A DNA stretch of 64,000 nucleotides from Candidatus Latescibacterota bacterium (GCA_022821275.1 JAJEDY010000067.1:47958-111957); one strand, 5' to 3'. Positions 51,186 to 61,307 are shown, counted from the first letter of the stretch. Translations and numbers: made by a program. Notes: generated from the letters alone by a model not told the origin.

Positions 51186-51231
51186 GTAGAGATCGCATAT
51201 ACGCGCTCTGACCAACCTCTCTGGAGATTTT

Positions 51232-52920
51232 ATGGAACCCAGGTACCCGATATGGAACATACGCCATAAGGGCGATTATGATTCCCTCGTCGATATCATT
51301 CTCGCAAACCGTTCATTAAAAACAGAAGATTTGGCCGATTCTCCCGATATTTTGAATGACCCCTATTTAATGAAAGACATGCACCGCATTGTTGAACGCA
51401 TTTCAGAAGCCATATACAACAAAGAGCGCATTGTGGTTTTTGGCGATTACGATGTAGATGGCGTCACGAGCACCGCTGTGTTGCTGGATTTTTTTGATCT
51501 GGTAGGTGCCAATGCCACATTTTTGTTACCCGACCGGTTCCGAGATGGATATGGCATGAAACCACCGGGTGTAGATCTGGCACAAAAAAAAGGAGCACAA
51601 CTCATTGTAACAGCCGACAATGGTATTTCAGCCTTTGACGCTGTTGACACAGCCAATGACGCCGGAATTGATGTGGTAGTCATTGACCATCATCACCCAC
51701 AGGACAAATTGCCAGACGCTCTGGCACTGGTGAATCCCAATCGCGCAGACTGCGAATATCCCTTCAAGGGACTGGCTGCCGTAGGGGTGGCATTTAAGGT
51801 AGTACAGGCTCTGGCATCCGAATTTCTATCCGATTCAGAACGCCGGCGATACTTGAACTCGCTTCTGGACCTGGTCGCTCTGGGCACTGTGGCTGATATG
51901 GCTCCCATGGTAGAAGAAAATCGCCTGCTCACGCGAAAGGGGATGCAGGTACTCAACACCACCGAGCGCCCGGGCTTGCAGGCACTCAAAGCCGTCGCGG
52001 GTACGACCAATCGCCCCGTTGACACGATCTCGATTGGATTCTTTCTGGGACCGCGCATCAACAGCGCCGGGCGCCTATCGTCGGCCGATCTGGCACTCGA
52101 TTTATTGCGTTGTCAGAACCGGGTACAGGCGGCAAAACTCGCCGAAGAATTAAACGGTCTAAATGGCGAAAGACAGACGCTACAAAACGATGGCATAACC
52201 GAAGCAGAACGCATGGTAGAAGATAACTGGTTGGATCAATATCGCATTCTGGTCGTGCGCGGTGAAGACTGGCATCTCGGTGTGGTCGGGCTGATCGCCG
52301 GGCGATTGGTCGAAAAATTTTCGCGCCCAGCCCTCGTGTGTACCAACTTTCGAAAAAATGGCATCTACACGGGTTCTGCACGCACAGCGGGCGGATACAA
52401 TATCGTCGAGGCGATTTTCCGCGTCTCAGATCTGCTCACCGAATTTGGAGGACACGCCGATGCCGCTGGATTTTCAGTCCCCGCTGAAAATTATCTCAAA
52501 TTTCAAGACCGGTTGATCGCAGATGCTCAAGAACGGTTATCAGAGGACGCACTGACGCCCCAACTGGAAGTCGATGTCGCCCTCAAACCATCCGATATTT
52601 CTCTCACAACCGTTGACACCCTGGACAAACTGGCACCTTTTGGTGCAAAAAACGAATTGCCGCGTTTTATAGCCCACAATTGCCGGATTGCAGATGCGCG
52701 CGCCATAGGCCGCGGGGCACATCTGAAACTCACAGTGGATACAGGTGCTGACCTGTGCGATGCAATCTGGTTTCGCCAGGGCGAGCGGGTTTACGAATTA
52801 TCCGCAGGCGATCACATCGATCTGGCATTTGCACTACAGGCCAATACCTGGCAGGGCAGAACCAGCGTGCAAATGCTGGTAGAGGACATACGCCTGTCGA
52901 ACCTTAGCACCAGCGGTTAG
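51232..52920 (+). CDS. recJ: Single-stranded-DNA-specific exonuclease RecJ
   Basis: DHH motifs (VVFGDYDVDGVTS, VIDHHHP) and the DHHA1 domain. 562 aa. Confidence 0.85.
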   Translation: MEPRYPIWNIRHKGDYDSLVDIILANRSLKTEDLADSPDILNDPYLMKDMHRIVERISEAIYNKERIVVFGDYDVDGVTSTAVLLDFFDLVGANATFLLPDRFRDGYGMKPPGVDLAQKKGAQLIVTADNGISAFDAVDTANDAGIDVVVIDHHHPQDKLPDALALVNPNRADCEYPFKGLAAVGVAFKVVQALASEFLSDSERRRYLNSLLDLVALGTVADMAPMVEENRLLTRKGMQVLNTTERPGLQALKAVAGTTNRPVDTISIGFFLGPRINSAGRLSSADLALDLLRCQNRVQAAKLAEELNGLNGERQTLQNDGITEAERMVEDNWLDQYRILVVRGEDWHLGVVGLIAGRLVEKFSRPALVCTNFRKNGIYTGSARTAGGYNIVEAIFRVSDLLTEFGGHADAAGFSVPAENYLKFQDRLIADAQERLSEDALTPQLEVDVALKPSDISLTTVDTLDKLAPFGAKNELPRFIAHNCRIADARAIGRGAHLKLTVDTGADLCDAIWFRQGERVYELSAGDHIDLAFALQANTWQGRTSVQMLVEDIRLSNLSTSG

Positions 52921-52955
52921 CTAATCGCTGGTCGCCAATTTTCCGGAGGTATTTA

Positions 52956-54080
52956 ATGGGCATCGCTGAAAAATTAAACGTGGGCATTGTAGGCGCTGCT
53001 GGGCGTGGGGGAAGTTTTCGGGTCGCTTTTGAAGCACATAAAACAGCCCGCATACACGCGGTATGCGATGTGCGCGAAGAAGAACTCGACGCCGCCGCTG
53101 AACGATTGGGAGCATCTGAAAAATACGCGGATTACGAAACCATGCTCGCGCGTTCAGAACTCGATGCGGTCGTCATCGGCACGCCCATGCACTTTCACGC
53201 CCCCCAGGCAATCGAGGCATTGACCCGGAACATCCACGTCTTGAGCGAAGTCACGGCCGGGATCTCCGTAGCGGAATGCCGCTACCTGGTACACGCTGCT
53301 ACATCGTCAAAAGCAATCTATATGATGGCTGAAAATTACACCTATACCCGCCCCAACGTACTGGTAAAAGAACTCGTACAGCGGGGTTTGTTCGGCGATG
53401 TATATTACGGTGAAGGAGAGTATTTGCACGAATTGAAAGCCCTGAATGAAATCACAAAATGGCGGCGCAAGTGGCAAACGGGCATTGATGGTGTCACCTA
53501 TTGCACGCACAGCCTGGGACCTCTTTTGCAGTGGATGCCGGGCGATCGCGTGGTGCGCGTGTGTTGTGCGGGCAGCGGACACCATTACACAGACCCGCGA
53601 GGAGACCAGTATGAAAACCAGGATTCGTGCGTGATGTTGTGCCAGATGGCGAGCGGTGGACTGGTAAAAATTCGGGTAGATATGCTCTCGGAACGCCCCC
53701 ACGCAACGGGAAATTTTCAACTGCAAGGAACAAAAGGATGTTATGAATCGGCGAGAGCGCGCGGTGGTATCAATCGCATATGGCTTGCAGATATCTGCGG
53801 CGAAAAAAATGAATGGATGGATCTGGCAGATCTGGAAGAAGATTATTTGCCCGACATGTGGCGCAACCCCACTGAAGCGGCATTAAAAGCCGGGCACGGT
53901 GGGGGCGACTATTTTGAAATCATGGATTTTATTCAAAGTATCAACGGCGAAATCGCCTGTCCGATTGGCATTCACGAAGCCATGGACATGACCTTGCCGG
54001 GATTAATCAGTCAACAATCAATTGTGCAAGACGGCGCGTGGTTAGATGTACCCGACTCGCGCACATGGGTAGAGGAATAA
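52956..54080 (+). CDS. Gfo/Idh/MocA family oxidoreductase
   Basis: LNVGIVGAAGRGGSF Rossmann motif. 374 aa. Confidence 0.8.
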   Translation: MGIAEKLNVGIVGAAGRGGSFRVAFEAHKTARIHAVCDVREEELDAAAERLGASEKYADYETMLARSELDAVVIGTPMHFHAPQAIEALTRNIHVLSEVTAGISVAECRYLVHAATSSKAIYMMAENYTYTRPNVLVKELVQRGLFGDVYYGEGEYLHELKALNEITKWRRKWQTGIDGVTYCTHSLGPLLQWMPGDRVVRVCCAGSGHHYTDPRGDQYENQDSCVMLCQMASGGLVKIRVDMLSERPHATGNFQLQGTKGCYESARARGGINRIWLADICGEKNEWMDLADLEEDYLPDMWRNPTEAALKAGHGGGDYFEIMDFIQSINGEIACPIGIHEAMDMTLPGLISQQSIVQDGAWLDVPDSRTWVEE

Positions 54081-54083
54081 AAT

Positions 54084-55565
54084 ATGGGAATACTAAATGC
54101 GATTGATCTAAAACAAAAAATAAAAAAATCAGAATACAACGCCCGCATGGACAAGCTGGAAATAAAACTGGGGCAACTCGAGCGACAGGCACTGGAAAAC
54201 AAAGTACCCATCACGATTGTATTCGAAGGCTGGGGCGCTTCTGGCAAAGGGCGGTTGATCAACGAATTATTGCAAGTACTCGATCCTCGCGGCGTCAAGG
54301 TATATTCAACCCAGGTCCCCAATCAAGAAGAAAGTTACCGACCATTTATGTGGCGATTCTGGACCAAAATACCCGAACGCGGGCGCCTGGTAATTTACAG
54401 CAGGAGTTGGTACAGCCGGTTCATTGTAGAGGACATGGATCCAACGATGGACAATCTGCCGGTTGATAAGGCGTATCAAGAGGTAAATAGTTTCGAGCGA
54501 CAACTCGTAGATGACGGCCATGTAATCATCAAATTCTTCCTGCACATCTCGCGCAAAGAACAAAAAAAGCGTTTTAAACAACTCGAAAAAAATTCCCTGA
54601 CCTCCTGGCGCGTGACAGATTACGATTGGAAAAAGAATAAGCAATACAAACCGTATGGAGAAGTCATCGAAGACATGATCGCACGCACGGACAAGAAATA
54701 CGCCCCCTGGCATATTGTACCGGCTGAAAATTGGCGTTTTGCAACGGTTTCAGTATTTGAAAAAGTGATTAAAGTCCTCGAAAAAAAATTGGCCTCTCTG
54801 AACAAAAAGACGCGAGCCAAAGCAATTTCCCTACCCTCAATCCCGCATTCTATGCTCGAAACTTCTGATTTGTCCAGAGAACTCACGCGCAAAGAATACG
54901 ATCGCCTGCGCCGGGTCTATCAAAAAAAGATATGGGAACTCGAACACGAAGTGTATTTGCAAAGACAATCGGTGGTCATTGTGTACGAAGGCTGGGATGC
55001 CGCGGGAAAGGGGGGCAACATCAAACGCCTGGTGCGCCGCATGGACCCGCGAGGATACGACGTGTTCCCCATCGCCGCGCCAAATGACATTGAACTGGCA
55101 CATCACTATTTGTGGCGATTCTGGATCAAAATGCCCAAAGCCGGTCATTTTGCCATCTTTGACCGGTCGTGGTACGGACGCGTTCTGGTCGAGCGCGTAG
55201 AGGGATTTGCGACAATACGGGAATGGCAGCGCGCATACCGCGAAATCAACGAAATGGAAGAACAGATGGCAAATTACGGCACCTTATTATTCAAATTCTG
55301 GATCGATATAGACAAAGACGAACAATTGAAGCGCTTTCGAGACCGCGAAAAAGTACCGTTCAAACAGTGGAAAATTACAGATGAGGACTGGCGCAATCGG
55401 GGGAAATGGAATCAGTATCGCGACGCTGTAGATGAGATGTTGTATCGCACGAATACAGATTATGCGCCCTGGACCGTTGTAGAGTCCAATTGCAAGCTAC
55501 ATGCGCGCATTAAAACGCTGAAAACCGTGGTCAATACCCTGGAAAAGCGCTTGATCAAGCGCTGA
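54084..55565 (+). CDS. Two-domain polyphosphate kinase 2 (polyphosphate:AMP/nucleotide phosphotransferase-like)
   Basis: Two PPK2 domains, each with Walker A (FEGWGASGKG; YEGWDAAGKG) and lid motifs (RSWYSR; RSWYGR). The start is 4 nt after the Gfo stop. Confidence 0.85.
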   Translation: MGILNAIDLKQKIKKSEYNARMDKLEIKLGQLERQALENKVPITIVFEGWGASGKGRLINELLQVLDPRGVKVYSTQVPNQEESYRPFMWRFWTKIPERGRLVIYSRSWYSRFIVEDMDPTMDNLPVDKAYQEVNSFERQLVDDGHVIIKFFLHISRKEQKKRFKQLEKNSLTSWRVTDYDWKKNKQYKPYGEVIEDMIARTDKKYAPWHIVPAENWRFATVSVFEKVIKVLEKKLASLNKKTRAKAISLPSIPHSMLETSDLSRELTRKEYDRLRRVYQKKIWELEHEVYLQRQSVVIVYEGWDAAGKGGNIKRLVRRMDPRGYDVFPIAAPNDIELAHHYLWRFWIKMPKAGHFAIFDRSWYGRVLVERVEGFATIREWQRAYREINEMEEQMANYGTLLFKFWIDIDKDEQLKRFRDREKVPFKQWKITDEDWRNRGKWNQYRDAVDEMLYRTNTDYAPWTVVESNCKLHARIKTLKTVVNTLEKRLIKR

Positions 55566-55579
55566 AGGCGAGACGTAAA

Positions 55580-56338
55580 GTGAGTGAATTAGCCATTGAA
55601 CTGCGAGATGTTCACAAGGTTTTTGTGACCGACAGCAACCGGGTAGAAGCACTCGAACAAATTTCTCTGCAAATAGCGCAGAGCGAATTTGTCAGTATGA
55701 TCGGACCCTCGGGATGTGGCAAAACGAGCTTAATGCGGATTGTCGGCGACCTGGAAACACCGACGAAAGGCACGGTTCGCGTACTGGGAAAAATACCCGA
55801 AGCCGCGCGGCGCGAACGATTGGTGGGTTTTGTATTTCAACATCCCTCGCTTCTCGCCTGGCGCACAGTAGAAGAAAATGTGCGCCTACCTGCAGAGGTC
55901 TTTGGAGACGCAGAAATTTTAAGCCGGGTCTCTGAAATGATCGACATCGTCGGACTGGCTGGATTTGAGCAGGCGTATCCGCGCGAACTATCGGGCGGCA
56001 TGCAATCGCGAGTCGCCATTGCCAGAGTTTTGACCTTCCGACCATCCGTTTTGCTTATGGACGAGCCTTTTGGCGCATTGGATGAAATGACGCGGGAAAA
56101 AATGCAAATTGAACTGTTGCGAATATGGCAGGCAACGGGTGCCGCTGTCTTATTCATTACCCACAGCATCTCCGAGGCATTGCTCCTCTCGGACCGCGTT
56201 GTGGTCATGTCTGCCAGACCCGGCAAAATCGCGGAAGACCTGCGCGTTAATTTTCCCCATCCTCGAGAAAGCACCTTGCGCGCCGATCCCCAATTTGTGG
56301 CAATGGAAGCCCATCTGCGCGAACAGTTGGAAGGATAA
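55580..56338 (+). CDS. ABC transporter ATP-binding protein (NitT/TauT-like), without an adjacent permease or binding protein
   Basis: Walker A GPSGCGKTS, signature LSGGMQSR, Walker B LLMDEPF. GTG start. Confidence 0.8.
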   Translation: MSELAIELRDVHKVFVTDSNRVEALEQISLQIAQSEFVSMIGPSGCGKTSLMRIVGDLETPTKGTVRVLGKIPEAARRERLVGFVFQHPSLLAWRTVEENVRLPAEVFGDAEILSRVSEMIDIVGLAGFEQAYPRELSGGMQSRVAIARVLTFRPSVLLMDEPFGALDEMTREKMQIELLRIWQATGAAVLFITHSISEALLLSDRVVVMSARPGKIAEDLRVNFPHPRESTLRADPQFVAMEAHLREQLEG

Positions 56339-56343
56339 ACTTT

Positions 56344-56462
56344 GGAAGTAAAAAGTGTGAAGTGAGAAGTAAGAAAGCCCACCCTACCACCCAAAATCTG
56401 GTGTCTCATCCCCCTTCACATTTCACACTTCATCCTTCATCCTTCATCCTTCACACTTCTTC
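56344..56462. repeat. Inverted pair of heptamer arrays separated by a 36-nt C-rich spacer, copy C of the dispersed family
   Basis: Arm 1, 56344-56377, is the reverse complement of CTTTCTT ACTTCTC ACTTCAC ACTTTTT ACTTCC. Arm 2, 56414-56462, is CTTCACA TTTCACA CTTCATC x3 CTTCACA CTTCTTC. It lies between convergent genes and overlaps the last 4 codons of the hydrolase. Confidence 0.8.
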
Positions 56463-58373
56463 CATATCCGCCCCCCAGGGCTGTATGAGCGCGAGTTTTT
56501 CATCCAAAGCGTGCATCAGATCGGGCAAATCAAATGATGTGAGAACACCCCGGGGGATATTGGCAGCAGGCCAACTGACCAGGGGCGTTTGTGTCCAGGC
56601 ATGAAAGGAAAGCGGATAGTTTTTCAGGGTAACAGTCGTCACCGCGGAATGCAGAAATCCGGCAAACAGCGCGTGAATTGCACCCTGTCCACGACCGTAA
56701 AGATGGAGTTTTTCCGCGCCTTCATAAGCCAGCAGATCAAGCGTGGATAACACATCGTGTACCCGCCGCCCGAGAAAGCTTTGACCGAGCATCAGGCCAT
56801 ATCCATTGCACATATAGTCATTGCCATAAGGATGAAAAAAGTCGCGTTCATCATCGGCAAGCGACTCCCCCAGACCGCGCACATCGAGTGCATAGATCGG
56901 ATGTTGTTCTTTCAGTCTTTTCGCAAAAGGATCTTCAATCAAATCCACTTCCGCAGAAACATGTGGCAAATAGAGATGAACTTCGCGCTCGACATCAAGC
57001 GTATGCGAATAAGACGGATTGGACAGGCGTTTCCGCATAATAGCGCGGATATTGTCCTCAGTTTCAATCGCATACCGCGCCAAACGAACGCCATCTTCTG
57101 TCGTACCGCGCAACCAGCGGTGGTGGGGCTGGTCGCGGTTGTCAGACAAATCGAGCGCGCTTTGCACACAACGAATGAGTTCATCTTTGCCCAGCTTTTT
57201 GCGTTTTGATGCAAGAACATCTGCTTTTTGGGCAATCAAATCGTAAATGGGCGTAGCCCCTTCGGGCACAACCTCGCCTTTCGGCGTGACATTTAAAACA
57301 TCGCTCAAGTCCTCGGTCTCTTCCAAACGGGTAACCTGCTGAATGCCCGCCTGTGTTGCAAAAAATTGCACCATAGCTTCCTGGTTATCTCGGAAAAAAC
57401 CGTGGCCTTCTGACCCGATAAAAATATCAGTCGCATTGGCTGGCGCGCCAATAATATCGTAAAAACGACGGATTTCAGAATAGGCTTGTTTGAGGCCGCG
57501 TCGGTCAAAAAAGCAATAGGCTTGCCCGAGCAAGATGACGGGAGCAGGTGCTCGGGCAATAAAAAAATCGGCCATATCCAGACCCGCGCCAATCACACCC
57601 GGCGGATACTGTTCCGAATCGGCGGGCAATTCATTTTCGAGATTGGCGGCAAACGTGGTGACAAAGCAACTGGGAGCAGCCATAGTAAAACGCGCTTCCA
57701 CCGGCCAGATCCAACTGGTCATAGTACCACCACCCGAATTGCCCGTAAGCCCAATATGCGCGGGATCGACTTCGGGACGGGTAAGCAAATAATCGAGTGC
57801 GCGGATACCATCCCAGGCGCGCCATGCACCAAACCATTCGCCCACGAGTTCGAGTTGTTTACCCATCATATTGTGGGCATGTGTTGACGATCGCACGCTT
57901 TCTCGGCTGTGCAGGGCATAATATTGATCGCGCTCACCTTGATTGAAGGGATCGTAGATCAAGACGACAAAGCCATTGCGCGCCAGACGCTGACAAAAAG
58001 CCTGATAAAGCGGTGCATTTTTGCCATCGGCAGCATGACCACAAGAGCCAATAATACCAGGTGCTGGCCCATCGAGTTTGTCGGGCACGTAAAGGTGGGC
58101 CGTGACCAAACAACCCGGACGGCTCTCAAAGAGGATTTTTTCAATGCGGTAATGGCGGCGTTCAACTGTGCCGACGACGCGCGCATTAAGCGGTGTTTTG
58201 CGCGGCCAGGGGCGATAGGCCTTGCCAATGGACTCTCGCACTTCATCGCGATATGCGAGAGCTTCTTTTTTTGTTCGGATAGATGACAGGCGTTTTGCGC
58301 GGTCGGCATTTACAGCTCGTACGCGCGCAACATAATCATCCATCACCATATGTCCATAACCATTTCGCGGCAT
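56451..58373 (-). CDS. Alpha/beta hydrolase (acetylxylan-esterase/peptidase-like) with an internally duplicated fold
   Basis: The first half carries an intact nucleophile elbow (LTGNSGGG). The second half has a Ser-less elbow (LYGRGQGAIHALFAG). 640 aa. Confidence 0.55.
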   Translation of the reverse strand: MPRNGYGHMVMDDYVARVRAVNADRAKRLSSIRTKKEALAYRDEVRESIGKAYRPWPRKTPLNARVVGTVERRHYRIEKILFESRPGCLVTAHLYVPDKLDGPAPGIIGSCGHAADGKNAPLYQAFCQRLARNGFVVLIYDPFNQGERDQYYALHSRESVRSSTHAHNMMGKQLELVGEWFGAWRAWDGIRALDYLLTRPEVDPAHIGLTGNSGGGTMTSWIWPVEARFTMAAPSCFVTTFAANLENELPADSEQYPPGVIGAGLDMADFFIARAPAPVILLGQAYCFFDRRGLKQAYSEIRRFYDIIGAPANATDIFIGSEGHGFFRDNQEAMVQFFATQAGIQQVTRLEETEDLSDVLNVTPKGEVVPEGATPIYDLIAQKADVLASKRKKLGKDELIRCVQSALDLSDNRDQPHHRWLRGTTEDGVRLARYAIETEDNIRAIMRKRLSNPSYSHTLDVEREVHLYLPHVSAEVDLIEDPFAKRLKEQHPIYALDVRGLGESLADDERDFFHPYGNDYMCNGYGLMLGQSFLGRRVHDVLSTLDLLAYEGAEKLHLYGRGQGAIHALFAGFLHSAVTTVTLKNYPLSFHAWTQTPLVSWPAANIPRGVLTSFDLPDLMHALDEKLALIQPWGADMEEV

Positions 58374-58583
58374 AAGAATAGCTCCAGATTTGAAAGAGTA
58401 AAAGGGCCTTTATACTGCGCCCTACAATACACATATCCCCCGTATGGGGTCAACGCTTTTCTGGCCTATATAACTAAAAAACTCGTGCGGTTCCCCCCGT
58501 ATATTCCAGGCCGTTTTTGTTGCCATTACACTGTTTTTTACCTAAATTGTAAAATCTATATTTCAATTTTGAGACCGAAATCT

Positions 58584-59267
58584 ATGTCGGCAATTGCAGA
58601 GAACACAAAGCGCGTTCAAGACCGCATTGATAGGGCTGCCCAGCGGTCTGGGCGGTCAGCAGATGCGATTAAATTGATTGTTGTAACAAAGACCTGGCCT
58701 GCCGATGTCGTGCAACAGGTCGTAGATGCAGGGACACGGGTTTTGGGTGAAAGTCGCGTACAAGAGGCACAGCACAAAGTCCCAGAGGTGGTCGGCAAGG
58801 TATCCTGGCATTTGGTTGGACACTTACAGCGCAACAAAGTCAAACAGGCGTTGCCTTTATTCGACCTGATTCACTCGGTTGACACATTGCGCCTGGCGAA
58901 AGAGATCAGCCGGTGGGCCCTGCGGAGAAACACCCCGGCTCGCGTATTAGTACAGGTAAATACATCGGGCGAAGCATCCAAGTTCGGTGTATCGCCCGAC
59001 GCGGCATTGGACCTGATCGGGCAGGTCGATGACCTGCAAGGCGTTTCTGTGGCAGGGCTGATGACAATTGGCGCATTTGATCCAGATTCCGAAACAGCGC
59101 GACCAAATTTTGTCTTGTTGCGACAAATCAGGGACCGCATCGCAATTCACAAGCCCCATGTATCTGCACTATCTATGGGGATGACCAGCGACTTTGAAGT
59201 CGCAATTGAAGAAGGCGCGACAATGATTCGCATAGGCACGGCGATTTTCGGTCAGCGGGCGGTATAA
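58584..59267 (+). CDS. yggS: YggS family pyridoxal-phosphate homeostasis protein
   Basis: [14 protein letters not shown]...[10 protein letters not shown], the typical YggS/PLPBP motifs. Confidence 0.85.
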   Translation: MSAIAENTKRVQDRIDRAAQRSGRSADAIKLIVVTKTWPADVVQQVVDAGTRVLGESRVQEAQHKVPEVVGKVSWHLVGHLQRNKVKQALPLFDLIHSVDTLRLAKEISRWALRRNTPARVLVQVNTSGEASKFGVSPDAALDLIGQVDDLQGVSVAGLMTIGAFDPDSETARPNFVLLRQIRDRIAIHKPHVSALSMGMTSDFEVAIEEGATMIRIGTAIFGQRAV

Positions 59268-59270
59268 ACT

Positions 59271-59858
59271 ATGGTTGATGTGGTTGCTCAGGCGATTATT
59301 TTAATCCAACAAGCCATTGACTGGATACTTGTTGCATTGGTTATCGGCATGGTGGCGTTGTTGCTATTACGCGCTATTTTGGTGCGTATGAGTTCTTTTG
59401 GCTGGTCTCAATATTATGTTCGGCGCATAACCGACCCGCTCGTGTGGCCCATTGCGCAACACATGCCTGGAAATGCCGCTGCAGCACCGTTGATTCTGGT
59501 GATTGCGACATTGATCGGAGCCTTTTTTTTTAAGTGGTTGACCAACGATGTGCTGCGTTCACTCATAGGATTATTACACGGTATTTCTTCAGGAGAAATT
59601 CTGCATATCATCGGATGGTTGCTCTATGGAACCGTTGCGGTCTTGCTGGTTTTAATTATCGCGCGTATCGTATTTTCATGGCTGCCCTTTGTGCGCGGAG
59701 GCAGATTTATGTGGACCCTTTACAGCTTGACCGAACCTATTATGGGGCCTTTTCGACAGATCGTTCCCCCACTGGGCATGTTCGATCTGTCACCCATTTT
59801 GTTAATTTTGCTTCTGCAGGTTGTTCAAAGTGCCATCCAAAGTGTATTTGAATTATAG
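59271..59858 (+). CDS. YggT/Ycf19 family membrane protein
   Basis: 4-TM YggT-like protein directly after yggS, with conserved synteny. Confidence 0.65.
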   Translation: MVDVVAQAIILIQQAIDWILVALVIGMVALLLLRAILVRMSSFGWSQYYVRRITDPLVWPIAQHMPGNAAAAPLILVIATLIGAFFFKWLTNDVLRSLIGLLHGISSGEILHIIGWLLYGTVAVLLVLIIARIVFSWLPFVRGGRFMWTLYSLTEPIMGPFRQIVPPLGMFDLSPILLILLLQVVQSAIQSVFEL

Positions 59859-59877
59859 CCCTTAGGGGAGGGGAAAT

Positions 59878-60399
59878 GTGAACATCACACCACTGGATAT
59901 TCGCAAACAGATTTTTAAGAAGTCTTTTCGCGGTTATGACCAAGAGGAAGTACAGGCATTTCTCGACATGCTGGCTACAGAAGTCGAAAATCTCGGTGCC
60001 GAAAATATCGAACTAAAAGAACATCTCAATGCGTTGCAATCAGAAGTGCATCACTATCGGTCAATAGAGCAAGCCCTCCAGGAGATGCTCAGGACTGCCC
60101 AACAAACGGCTGATGAAGTCAAGGAAAATGGGCACAAAGAAGCGCGGCTGATTGTGAAAGAAGCGGAGATCCGCAGCAATCGGGCCATTGAAAAAGCGCG
60201 TACACAGGTGCATGATATCCGCACAGAGATAGTGGAGTTACAAAATCAACGCGATATGTTCTTGTCCAGATTTAAGGCTCTGGTACAGGTTCAGACCGAT
60301 TTTTTAGACCAATTGAAAGTGACCACCTTCGATGTGGTACAAGAGGATATTCCGGAAACGGAAGATGACGCCACAGAGCAGGAAGGGGAAGATGCCTGA
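59878..60399 (+). CDS. DivIVA domain protein
   Basis: MNITPLDIRKQIFKKSFRGYDQEEVQAFLD... is the canonical DivIVA N-terminus, followed by coiled coil. GTG start. Confidence 0.8.
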   Translation: MNITPLDIRKQIFKKSFRGYDQEEVQAFLDMLATEVENLGAENIELKEHLNALQSEVHHYRSIEQALQEMLRTAQQTADEVKENGHKEARLIVKEAEIRSNRAIEKARTQVHDIRTEIVELQNQRDMFLSRFKALVQVQTDFLDQLKVTTFDVVQEDIPETEDDATEQEGEDA

Positions 60400-61267
60400 A
60401 CAGATTGTTCGACTGGGTGTTATGGGAGGATCGGGTGTTTATCACATGGAAGGTGTGGAAATCGTAGCCGAACATCGTCTTGCAACACCTTTTGGCGATC
60501 CTTCAGATGCAGTTATCGAAACGCGCATCTGCGACCAATCGGTATATTTTTTGCCCCGTCATGGACGCGGGCATGTGCTACTGCCTTCTGAAGTACCCTA
60601 TCGCGCCAATATATATGCCATGAAGCAGATGGGTGTGACGCATCTGTTGGCGATAAGTGCCGTGGGAATTATGCGGGAATCCATAAAACCGGGTGATATG
60701 GTGGTGCCCAATCAGCTTTTTGATCGCACCCGCGGCATTCGTGCGAGCACATTTTTCGGTGAAGGCATTGCCGGACATGTGGCTTTTGCCGATCCTTTTT
60801 GCGGCGAATTGCGCGACTTGCTGCTGGCCGCTGCAAAAAATTCCGGGGTGACCACCCACGACGGAGGAACGTATATCTGTATGGAGGGACCGCAGTTCTC
60901 CACGCGAGCAGAGTCCCATTTTTATCGCCGAGAAGTCAATGCAACCGTAATTGGGATGACGGCTTTGCCCGAAGCCAAGCTCGCGCGCGAGGCTGAAATG
61001 TGTTATGCGATGCTGGCTATGGGCACTGATTACGATTGCTGGCATGAAGCCGAAGAAGATGTATCGGTAGAAGCTGTAATCGCTGTGTTAAAAGCCAATG
61101 CCGAGCACGCAAACCAAATTGTATGCTCATTGGCTGCCCAGTTGCCCAGAACATCGGATTGCGATTGTCTCAATGCCGCACAATTTGCGATTATCACATC
61201 GCCAGATGCCATTTCCAGCGCGGCAAAAGAACGACTCAGCCTTTTATACGATAAGTACTGGACCTGA
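60392..61267 (+). CDS. mtnP: S-methyl-5'-thioadenosine phosphorylase (PNP/MTAP family)
   Basis: VMGGSGVY...HLLAISAVG... PNP/MTAP family motifs. Overlaps the divIVA-like stop. Confidence 0.7.
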   Translation: MPEQIVRLGVMGGSGVYHMEGVEIVAEHRLATPFGDPSDAVIETRICDQSVYFLPRHGRGHVLLPSEVPYRANIYAMKQMGVTHLLAISAVGIMRESIKPGDMVVPNQLFDRTRGIRASTFFGEGIAGHVAFADPFCGELRDLLLAAAKNSGVTTHDGGTYICMEGPQFSTRAESHFYRREVNATVIGMTALPEAKLAREAEMCYAMLAMGTDYDCWHEAEEDVSVEAVIAVLKANAEHANQIVCSLAAQLPRTSDCDCLNAAQFAIITSPDAISSAAKERLSLLYDKYWT

Positions 61268-61268
61268 C

Positions 61269-61297
61269 GTAGATGTGGGTTTGAAACCCACATCTAC
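61269..61297. other. Perfect 13-bp-stem hairpin (GTAGATGTGGGTT / AACCCACATCTAC) in the mtnP-NUDIX intergenic gap
   Basis: Read directly from the sequence. No downstream T-run. Confidence 0.6.
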
Positions 61298-61307
61298 AAT
61301 AACGTTT

